Below, in pieces: positions 35,269-44,000 of a DNA stretch of 64,000 nt. The stretch's first letter is position 1. Every line of letters begins with the position of its first letter. The stretch covers positions 13,682 to 77,681 of the forward strand of contig PEAK01000006.1 of assembly GCA_002753515.1 (NCBI GenBank), in the 5' to 3' direction. Position numbers and translations under genes: made by a program. The stretch comes from Magnetococcales bacterium. Its GTDB lineage: Bacteria; Pseudomonadota; Magnetococcia; Magnetococcales; UBA8363. The notes under the pieces were generated by a model. The model did not search any database. It had not been told where the DNA came from and worked only from the letters and a program-made list of their open reading frames with translations.

Positions 35269-36333
35269 TTATTGCTGATTCAACGATTGCCCCGGCTGTT
35301 GAATGGCGGCCAGGAGCCAATTGGGATCGCGAGAACCCACTTGACGGGTAAACGTCCAATATTCTTCCACACGTTCGGGAAGGGTCCGACTTCCTTCCAC
35401 AACCATTCCGTGTTCGTCCGTGGCATATTCAAGCATGGAAACTTGAAAACGAACCGTGATCCAATCTTCACCCGATTCCTGCCAGGCCTCACTGATTTCA
35501 GCTCCAAGAAACTGGATGTCTTCGATGTGATCCTTCTGCTTTTTCGTCTCTTTTTCCTTCATGTCGGCGAGAATCCGTTCCAACATTGAGGCATGCAACA
35601 AGGGGCGCAGGTTGAAGACGTTGCCGTCACACCATGAGGCCTGCATCTGTTGAAACGCACGTTTGGCGCCGTTCAAAAATTGCTCTTCGTTGAAATTGGG
35701 ATCCATGGAAACAATATGATCCAAGCCTTTGGAAACCTCATCGACTTCCGTGTTCATCCCCATGCGATTGTTGGCTCCCATATCAAAGGATCCCGGCAAT
35801 CCTTGATCCCCCCCGGTACGAAGATGGTTTGACCCACCAACATTGGGATTGGGTAAAGTGATTGCGCCACCCTGCAACAAGGGAGGACCGGCCTCGGATC
35901 CCCCGGCAGGGGCCATGGAACGTTGGCGTTTAAACCAACGATAGCCAAACCAAAGGATTCCCCCGAGCAATATGATTTCCATCAGGCCAATCCCGCCACC
36001 ACCCATTCCGGCTCCGGAACCACCAAACAACATGGAGCCCAGCATTCCTCCCAACACCAATCCTCCCAACCCCCCCAACAGTCCAGAACCCATGCCTCCG
36101 AACATCCCCCCGGCCCGGGCGGGACTGCCTGGACTTTGTGGTGCGGAAGCCTGGTTATAGCTGGATCGCTGGGCAGGTTGCTGTGGCGCCGCAAAACTTT
36201 TCGACCCACGTGAACCCATGGAGCTGCCACCTCCCATACGTTTGGCATCGGCACTGTCTGGAAATACGGATGCAAATCCAAAGGCCAGGAACAGGGCTGT
36301 TATCGCAATAAGGCCATACTTGCGCGGTCTCAT
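35269..36333 (-). CDS. Tim44-like domain protein with signal/TM segment and Gly-rich low-complexity linker
   Basis: N-terminal hydrophobic segment, long G/M/S-rich tracts including a second TM (IILLGGILWFGY), and a C-terminal Tim44-like domain (DPNFNEEQFLNGAKRAFQQMQASW...WTFTR...DPNWLL). Confidence 0.75.
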   Translation of the reverse strand: MRPRKYGLIAITALFLAFGFASVFPDSADAKRMGGGSSMGSRGSKSFAAPQQPAQRSSYNQASAPQSPGSPARAGGMFGGMGSGLLGGLGGLVLGGMLGSMLFGGSGAGMGGGGIGLMEIILLGGILWFGYRWFKRQRSMAPAGGSEAGPPLLQGGAITLPNPNVGGSNHLRTGGDQGLPGSFDMGANNRMGMNTEVDEVSKGLDHIVSMDPNFNEEQFLNGAKRAFQQMQASWCDGNVFNLRPLLHASMLERILADMKEKETKKQKDHIEDIQFLGAEISEAWQESGEDWITVRFQVSMLEYATDEHGMVVEGSRTLPERVEEYWTFTRQVGSRDPNWLLAAIQQPGQSLNQQ

Positions 36334-36458
36334 ACATAATCTCCTCTAAACAAACGTCAGTGATCAGGTTGATAGGGGTTTGACAAAACAACATTTTCCA
36401 AGGGTTTACATAGGACACACCGATCCAATCCATGGTATCCGAACGTGTCATACCTTGA

Positions 36459-37346
36459 TTAATGAGACCCTTTCCGCAAGGCCTCAATTCTTTCCTCCAG
36501 GGGGGGATGGCTTGAAAGAAGCGCCATCAGCCCACCCTGATTTCCTGATATTCCAAAAGCAGCCGTTTCTGCGGGCAAGTGCGAAGGAATGGTACTTTGC
36601 TGCAACCGTTCGAGTGCGGAGATCATGGCATTTCGACCCGCCAATTGCGCTCCGCCCGCATCGGCACGGTATTCTCTCTGGCGCGAAAACCACATGACGA
36701 CCATACTGGCCAGGATTCCCAGAACGATCTCTGCAACAAAAGATGTGATCATATAGGCCATACCTGTACTCGGAGGATTTTCCCCTTCCTCCTGACGCGA
36801 GAACATGCCATCGACAAGCCCACCTATGACACGGGCGAGAAGAATGACGAACGTATTCAACACACCCTGGATCAACGCGAGAGTGACCATATCACCATTG
36901 GCAATATGGCTGACCTCGTGTGCCAGGACAGCTTCCGATTCCACCCTGGTCAACGAACGTAACAAGCCGGTGCTGACTGCAACCAATGCGTTGTTCCGAC
37001 TGGCACCGGTTGCAAACGCATTGACATCGGGGGCATCGTAAATGGCAACTTCAGGCATGCCAATGCCGGCCTGATGACTCAGACGCTTGACCGTTTCCAG
37101 AAGCCATGCCTCAGTCGCATCCCGGGGCTGCTCAATGACCATGGCTCCGGTCGTTTGTTTGGCCAGCCACTTGGACATGAACAAGGATATAAAAGACCCC
37201 CCCATGCCAAACACACAGGCCAACAATACGATTTTTCCCGTTGAGCCTTGATGCAAACCGAAAAATCCCGACAAAACATTCAGTACAACTGTCAGGACAG
37301 CCATGATGGCTAGATTGGTGACGAGAAATAGAAGGATACGTTTCAT
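36459..37346 (-). CDS. htpX: Membrane zinc metalloprotease HtpX
   Basis: 295 aa, 4 TM, HEXXH motif in LAHEVSHIANGD, HtpX-like overall. Confidence 0.9.
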   Translation of the reverse strand: MKRILLFLVTNLAIMAVLTVVLNVLSGFFGLHQGSTGKIVLLACVFGMGGSFISLFMSKWLAKQTTGAMVIEQPRDATEAWLLETVKRLSHQAGIGMPEVAIYDAPDVNAFATGASRNNALVAVSTGLLRSLTRVESEAVLAHEVSHIANGDMVTLALIQGVLNTFVILLARVIGGLVDGMFSRQEEGENPPSTGMAYMITSFVAEIVLGILASMVVMWFSRQREYRADAGGAQLAGRNAMISALERLQQSTIPSHLPAETAAFGISGNQGGLMALLSSHPPLEERIEALRKGSH

Positions 37347-37535
37347 GGTTCATCCTTGTTTAACGGGTGGTTATGTCCAAGGGAGACGACCTTCCCAGCG
37401 ATCTCGGAAACCCTCTTCATTTCCACTCAGAAAAAATCACTCCCTATACCATTAAAGAGAGTATAACAGATTGCAATGAACAATAAAATTAGATAATTTC
37501 TTACCTATCATCAGATTTTCTCGAAAGGTTCCGAC

Positions 37536-38429
37536 ATGAATTACAAGCACCTGCATTATTTCTGGACCGTGGCCCGGCTTGGAAGCATCACCGCAGCCGG
37601 CAAATTGCTCCGACTCAGGCCACAAACTTTGAGTACGCAAATCCAGGTGCTAGAAGAGGCGTTTGGTTTGCCACTTTTTGAACGGGTCAGTCGCGGACTG
37701 GAGCTGACCGAAACCGGACAGGTCGTTTTCGACTATGCCAACGAAATGTTTCTTCTGGGAAATGAACTGAGCGAAGTACTCAAAGGAATGCCGACGGAAA
37801 GACCTCTGCGATTCCGTGTGGGCATCGCCGATGTCATCCCAAAACTCATCGCATACCGTTTTCTGGAACCGGCCCTACGCTGCGAGCGGGAAGTACATCT
37901 GGTATGCATCGAAGATAAAATGGAAAATCTGTTGGCTGATCTGGCACTGCACAAGTTGGACCTGGTCATGGCGGATAGCCCCACGATACCGGGAATCCCG
38001 GTCCGCACCTATCATTATTCCCTTGGATCCGTAAGTGTTACCATTTTTGGGACACCGGCCCTTCGGGCACGCTACCCGGGTACTTTCCCGGAATTGCTCC
38101 ATAATGCCCCCATGCTCATGCCCACGGTGGGAAACTCGATTCGTGGCAACATCGGACGCTGGTTGAACGATTTGGGAATAACTCCAAAAATTGTTGCGGA
38201 ATTTCAAGATACGGCACTTCTCAAAACATTTGGCCAAGCAGGTGCGGGCTTTTTTTGCTTACCGTCCATCATTGACGACGAAATCATATTTCAGCATCAG
38301 GTTGAAGTGGTCGGGCACACCGAGGCCGTTCAAGCAGAATACTTTGCCATAACCACCAAGCGCCGAGTGAATCATCCAGCGCTGCAAGCTATCAAAGAAA
38401 ATTCTAAAAATATAAACAGTTTTGAATAA
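37536..38429 (+). CDS. nhaR: LysR-family transcriptional regulator, NhaR-like
   Basis: N-terminal wHTH NYKHLHYFWTVARLGSITAAGKLLRLRPQTLSTQIQVLEE closely follows the NhaR-type signature (NYNHLYYFW...LTPQT...Q). Followed by a LysR substrate-binding domain. Confidence 0.7.
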   Translation: MNYKHLHYFWTVARLGSITAAGKLLRLRPQTLSTQIQVLEEAFGLPLFERVSRGLELTETGQVVFDYANEMFLLGNELSEVLKGMPTERPLRFRVGIADVIPKLIAYRFLEPALRCEREVHLVCIEDKMENLLADLALHKLDLVMADSPTIPGIPVRTYHYSLGSVSVTIFGTPALRARYPGTFPELLHNAPMLMPTVGNSIRGNIGRWLNDLGITPKIVAEFQDTALLKTFGQAGAGFFCLPSIIDDEIIFQHQVEVVGHTEAVQAEYFAITTKRRVNHPALQAIKENSKNINSFE

Positions 38430-38476
38430 ATCTTCCGCGCCATAGCCAAAAATGAACTTTATAATCTTGATAACTA

Positions 38477-40345
38477 TTAAAACCAGAATAACATTCGCAA
38501 ATAATCGACCAAACGATGCGTGGCAATCCAAAAAAGTGAGCGGTAGCCAACATCAATTTTCGCAACGCCACTCATTCCCGGGCGCCACCAATCGGGTACC
38601 GCTTCGTTTGGTTCGGCACGAGACGGAAACGTATTTTCCCCCTCCTTGACGCTTGCCGCAGGAATGATACGTTTTAACGTCATTGCATAAGTCATTGCCG
38701 GATTGGCCAGCAAAGTCAACCGGACCGGTTGACCATAGGCAATCTGCGTGACATCGTGTTCCCACACCGCCGCCTCGACGTACAAGCCCGATACCGAAGC
38801 AATTTTAACCACGACATCACCCCGCCGTACCGCACCACCCAGATTTTTAGCCGGTTCCCCTTCCACCAGCACGCCATCAATAGGAGAGTGGGCTTGGGCA
38901 TTGTCCAACCGGTATTCCACCAGTTTCAGACGCGCCTGGGCCTGGGCCACCTGGGCTTCGGCAATCTGCATCTCCGGCATTTGTCCCGCACCACGTCGTT
39001 TTTCCGCCTCGCGTTGATACTGGGCGATATCCGCCAAAATACTTGCCTTTTCCAAAATCAATTCGCGGGTAGCCAAGGAAAACACCACCTCTCCCTCCAC
39101 AACCGCCCCCCCCAACGTCAAGGGACTCGATTCCAAATAGCCGTCAAACGGCGCGCCGATAAAAGCCATGGTGTCGGTCTTGACGATAGCTGTGGCGCTG
39201 ATGGAGTACGGCACCGGTATCATCACTATCCCCAACAGCAACACCACCAATCCCAAGGCCACGTTTTTTCCCGCCCGTGTGGTTGGTTTGAAGCGGTTGT
39301 CCACACTACGCCAGGTTTCGGCGCTTATTCGACGCCATAAGGGACGCGATCGCCCCTCCAACAGGGACAATGGTGTCACAAGGAGATCAGCCAACATTCG
39401 GAGCGCCCACTGCTCCGAATGCGAAAATCCCATCAGCTGCCGTTCCAGGGTCAGAGACCCCAATGGTTGTTCGCCAATAAAAAGCGGCAAGGTTAGAAGA
39501 TGACCGGGGCGCTGCATTTCTGCATACCGTTCGTGGGCTATCACAACAACCTTGCCGCTACCCGGCCACACCACCTCAACACCCTGGGTCAACGCCTCCT
39601 GTCCCGCCTCCTCCAACAGTGCCGTCAACGCCGAACGCCGATCTATCTTTTCCGAATGGCTCAAAGCACACAAACTGAGATTGCCACCCCGCTGCCACGT
39701 CATGGAGACCGTTTCACAGGCAAAGCGTTCGGCCAAATCATTAACCGCAATCAAGACGGCCTTATCAAAATGATCACTTGACAAGACTCGTCCCAACAGC
39801 TCAATCGCCTGGGCCAGACGCAGGGCATCCCGTTCGCCCAGACGCACCTGACGATGCAATTCGTATATGTTGGGTAGCGATTGAAACGTGGCCAAAACTT
39901 GGCGTACTTCCATTTCCGGCAACGCGCCGGCTCCCAGATGCACTGCCAACAGCAAAAAGGTGCGCTCCTCCTCGACGCGAATACCCATCAATCCCACACG
40001 CCACCCCCCGAGTAGCGACACCCCATGGGCGATACCGCAGCTCCGCGTCTCCTCGATCACTACGGCGGCAACACTTTTGGTCAATGCCGGTAATTGCTCA
40101 ACCGGCACTCCCGGCCAATGGGCGACCACCTGCCAACTCTCCCCCCCTTCAGGATCTGAATTCCGGGCGTAACAAATACCCAGCTCCCCCCCCAGTGCCC
40201 GGGTTACCGTCCTGGTAAACAGTGGCCAGAACTCTTCCGGGGCGCCGGTAAAACGACTCACCTGTACCCATTGCTGCCAGCGTTCATTTGCCAAAGTGAC
40301 CACGTCCCGATTCAAAATCCGCTCCTGTCCAGTTTCTTTGCACAT
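38477..40345 (-). CDS. HlyD-family membrane-fusion (periplasmic adaptor) protein with a ~350-aa cytoplasmic GAF-like N-terminal region
   Basis: Single TM (VALGLVVLLLGIVMIPV), then a lipoyl/coiled-coil/beta-barrel MFP pattern (AQVAQAQARLKLVEYRLDNAQAHSPIDGVL...GDVVVKIA...). The N-terminal half has two GAF-like alpha/beta segments. The track ORF extends to 40447 but overlaps a zeta-like pseudogene; the ATG at 40345 is preferred but uncertain. Confidence 0.7.
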   Translation of the reverse strand: MCKETGQERILNRDVVTLANERWQQWVQVSRFTGAPEEFWPLFTRTVTRALGGELGICYARNSDPEGGESWQVVAHWPGVPVEQLPALTKSVAAVVIEETRSCGIAHGVSLLGGWRVGLMGIRVEEERTFLLLAVHLGAGALPEMEVRQVLATFQSLPNIYELHRQVRLGERDALRLAQAIELLGRVLSSDHFDKAVLIAVNDLAERFACETVSMTWQRGGNLSLCALSHSEKIDRRSALTALLEEAGQEALTQGVEVVWPGSGKVVVIAHERYAEMQRPGHLLTLPLFIGEQPLGSLTLERQLMGFSHSEQWALRMLADLLVTPLSLLEGRSRPLWRRISAETWRSVDNRFKPTTRAGKNVALGLVVLLLGIVMIPVPYSISATAIVKTDTMAFIGAPFDGYLESSPLTLGGAVVEGEVVFSLATRELILEKASILADIAQYQREAEKRRGAGQMPEMQIAEAQVAQAQARLKLVEYRLDNAQAHSPIDGVLVEGEPAKNLGGAVRRGDVVVKIASVSGLYVEAAVWEHDVTQIAYGQPVRLTLLANPAMTYAMTLKRIIPAASVKEGENTFPSRAEPNEAVPDWWRPGMSGVAKIDVGYRSLFWIATHRLVDYLRMLFWF

Positions 40346-40361
40346 CTCCCTGCAGCCCAAG

Positions 40362-40560
40362 CTATTCGGGATGTTCCCGAACCAGGCGTCCTTCTCGTAC
40401 CACCACCTGCGCGGTTCGCGTCTGACGGGCAAGGGCGGCCTCCACATCGGGCAGATCCAGAAAGATTAGCTTCACATGATAGCCCAGCCTCTGCCATTGG
40501 GGAATCGCACGGGCATATCGCCCATATTTTCTTGGTGGCCTGACATTGTTACTGTAAGCC
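40362..40560 (-). pseudogene. Fragment of a zeta-toxin/COG4185-type P-loop kinase gene
   Basis: The minus frame reads ...AIPQWQRLGYHVKLIFLDLPDVEAALARQTRTAQVVVREG.... This resembles the ...GY.v.L.FLwL.s.ElAl.RV..RV..GGH... segment of zeta-like ATPases. The Walker A part is absent and the fragment ends abruptly. Confidence 0.3.
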
Positions 40561-40961
40561 AACGTCTGTGGTATAAAGACCTTTCCGACCCAATAGGAGG
40601 AGGCAGGGCTATGGATAGTCTGGAAGTCGTTATAGATATCGGATGCATAAATCATGGATGCAAACACTACGGGATCAAGGTGTTGGGAAATGTGGTGGTC
40701 CATCGCCGATATGGAACCGGCAGAATTCGGTTTCTTCGTTGTCGGCATTGCCAGCATGAGTTTTCTGAACGGAATGGTACACCTCTATACGACCTGCGGA
40801 TCCCCAAGGAGAAGATCGTGGCGGTGGTCAGCCATCTGGCCGAAGGGACTGGAGTACCTTCACCCTGTTCCGGAACGATCAACACGTCATTTTTTGAGCG
40901 GTATAATGGGACAGCACGCTACTTCAACCCCAGAAAGCAGAGAAAAACATATTCATTATCA
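40534..40961 (+). mobile_element. IS1-family insertion-sequence remnant with an internally deleted transposase
   Basis: The ORF from the ATG at 40611 starts with a Zn-ribbon plus HTH (CINHGCKHYG...RFLRCRHCQHEFSERNGTPLY...IVAVVSHLAEGTG). It then jumps directly to the extreme C-terminal IS1 motif (ERYNGTARYFNPRKQRKTYSLS, compare ERxNxxLRxxxxRLxRKxLSFSK). The DDE core is missing. A possible left end, ggtggcctgacattgttactg at 40534, resembles the IS1 IRL. No right inverted repeat was found. Confidence 0.5.
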
Positions 40962-41089
40962 CTCTACCAGAGCCCGCATTGGCACGTATCGATCAGTACG
41001 TCCGTGCCCATGGGGAAACTCGCTCCAGCTTCATGACGCAGGCGGTACTGCAAACCATACAAAAAACCTTGAGTGTCAACACACCCTAG
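40955..41089 (+). pseudogene. C-terminal fragment of an RHH-type (CopG/HicB-like) antitoxin gene
   Basis: The frame reads ...IITLPEPALARIDQYVRAHGETRSSFMTQAVLQTIQKTLSVNTP*, the classic LP..LL.RID.YA...G.SRS.F...A ribbon-helix-helix tail. It has no N-terminal part and no start codon. Its TAG overlaps the giant-ORF stop on the other strand (CTAG). Confidence 0.45.
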
Positions 41090-44000
41090 TTGGAACTCTC
41101 CTGCGGCATCAACGGTTGTTCCAGGGTATCATCCGCCAACTCTTTGGCTTGTTGAGCGCCATCGTGTAACACTCCCGTAAACATCCCTTCTTCGTGCAAC
41201 TCTCGGTTAATGAAGCGTTCCAACACATTATGCGAGCCATTTTCTGGTGCCCCCTCCTTCAATAGGGTCAGATTGGAAGCCAACGATTCCATCTCCAGGG
41301 CCAAGGCACCTATCTTTTCGGTCATTCCCGAACTGCTCATCGCCCCGGGAACGAACAGGTTGCCATACATTCCCAGGGTGTTGAAAATGGTGCTTTCCCG
41401 GCTCTTGGGACGCAACAGGGCTTCCAAATCACCCAAAATATCCGGTTTTTTCCCAAGCAGAGACGATTTGTCACTCAAACCCAGGTCGGCCAAAATCGCC
41501 CCACGGGTTTCCATGAGCTGGGCTATGCGTATGGGTTGCACCTGGCCCAGGTTGCGTGCAGCCTCCTTGTCGGCGGCCAATTGCCGATCCAACACATCCA
41601 TCTTTTTAGCCGTGGAATCCTGGAATTGCTGTAGGACCAGAGGCATGCTGAATGGAGTATTTTGCGATACAACATTCTTTTGTTGGTTGATAAACGCCTG
41701 CCAACTGTTGCTGGCCCAACCAGCCCCCAGGGTGTCGCCATCGGCAACCCCACTGTGGACAAAAACTTTTTGCCCGGGAAGGTTGGTGATCAATCCCGAA
41801 CCGCCGCTTCCTTGATATACAATATCCTTGATGGTGATCGTCCCCCCGGCACTGAGTACGATATCACCTATTCCCGTGTTGCTGATTCCCAAATCGCCTA
41901 CTGCAAAAGCGCTGCGGTTGCGCAGGTTGATGCCATTCGACCTAGTGTTCAGGATATTGATGGTGTTGGCATTGGTGTGGAGCGCCCTGCCGGCGGGTAC
42001 GCCAACCCCCGATGCCGAACCAAGGGTCAGATTGGAGGTGACAATCACATCATCCCCCTGGGCGGTATTATCCAAAACAGCCCCTTGTTGCGATTGAATA
42101 CGGACACTCCCCCCAGCCTCCACCCGATCCAGGGCGATATCATCCACGGTGGTGATGTCCACCTGCTGCCCCGCTTTCAGCAAGGTATCGGCGTCTGCCA
42201 TACGCAAGCCACCCGATCGCGCAATGGTGATGCCGATGGCATGTGACGCTTCCACATGGGCGGAGTCGGACATTCGCAGGTTGCCGGTGACCAGGCTCAT
42301 GGTTACATCGTGGCCCGATTTCAAGGTGGTCCGATTGTTAAACAACACATCACCCGTGGTCACCTTCAGGGCCATATCCAGCCCCGCCTCCCAAGTGGCT
42401 GTTCCCCGAGTGCTGACAGTACCGGTCATGACCCCCACATTCACGTTGGTTCCCGCTTTAAGGGCGCTGAATCCATCCAGGGAGATATCCCCCTGCTGCA
42501 CCATCACACCCAGGTTGCCTCCCCTCGCCGTTAGCGTAGTCGTGCCAGCAAAGGTCAGATTACCCTGATTTTGCGCCAAGGAAGTCGCCTGCCGTAAAGC
42601 CTGGGCTTTCGACCCGGTCAACGCTGGCGATGCCGAACCAATCTGCACCATCAGATCATGGCCAGAGGTGAAGGTCGTGCTTCCCGCCAACCCCACATCT
42701 CCGGTTAGCACATGAACCGTCAGATCATACCCCGCTGTCAGGGAGGTAGTCCCCTGACTGACCAGATTACCTGTGGTTATGTCCAGGTTCAAATTGGACC
42801 CGGCAGTCACAAGGCTGCTACCAGCCCACGTTACATCCCCCTGCCCCACCGTCACCCCCAGGTGCCCCCCCTGGGCGGTCAGGGTCGTCAAACCGCTCGC
42901 AGTCAGGTCACCGTGGTCCACTCCAACTTGTACATCGCGTTGGGCGGTCACCGTGGTTGCGCCAGAAAACGTCATGAGACCATTTCCCATCCGCAGGGTG
43001 ACATCCTCCCCGGAACTCAGGTTGGTGGTACCCTCCCAACGAGCCGCACCCGATGTTACGTCAATCACCATATCGTAACCAGCATGCAAGGTCGTCGTCC
43101 CCTGATGGTTCATGATGCCGGTGGCAATCGCCATCGTCAGGTTTCTTCCCGCATCCCACTGGCTCTGACCCGAAATCGTACCATCGCCTGTCCCGATACG
43201 CAGACCTAAATCACCCGATTCCGTCGTCAGTGTCATCTGACCACCCAAGGTTTGGTTGCCGCGATCGACAGCAAGTTCCATATCCCGGTGCGCCGTCAGC
43301 GTACTAACCCCCGTAAGCGCCAGAGATCCCGTCCCGATGTTGAGATGGAAATCCTCTCCGGATTGGATCGTGGTACGACCATCCAAAGTGATGTTGCCAA
43401 TGGTCACGTCAGCAGACAGATCCCTGTCCACCGTAACGTTTGTCGTTCCGGTAGTCCGCATGTTGCCCTGATCAATGGTCACCAGTGCATCCCGATGTAC
43501 TGTCAGCGTCGTACCTCCGGTAAAGGTCAGATTGCCGGACCCCAGGTGTAATTGGTAATCCTCTCCTGCACGCAACGCATTACTGCCCCCGACGTGAATA
43601 TCCCCGGTGGTCACCCGGGTCTTCAGATCCCGGCCCGAAGACAGAGTCGTTGTCCCGGTAAAGGTCAGATCCCCCTCCTCCAGATGCATTTGAATGTCAT
43701 TGCCCGCTTGAACGCTTGTCGTACCATCCCAGATCATGTCGCCACGGACGATATCGACGACCGCATCCCCTGATACAACCACTGCGGTCACACCTCTGGT
43801 CTGCACATCACCCGACCCCACAGACACGTTGAAACCACCCGTTTCCGTGGTCACGGTGGTTGTACCACCCAGGGTCACGTTACCCCGGTCAAGCGCCCAA
43901 TCCACATCACGATGTCCCGTCAACATCGTCGTTCCGGTAAAGGAAAGATGACCTTCACCTATATCCAGACGGAAATCTTCCCCCGTTCTGACCATTGTCA

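Noticed and set aside
40346-40447. The N-terminal 34 codons of the track ORF for the HlyD-family gene (start at 40447).
   Set aside because: This stretch (MWRPPLPVRREPRRWWYEKDAWFGN...) overlaps the end of the zeta-like pseudogene in another frame and looks non-coding. The ATG at 40345 is more plausible, although its RBS spacing is poor, so the start remains uncertain.
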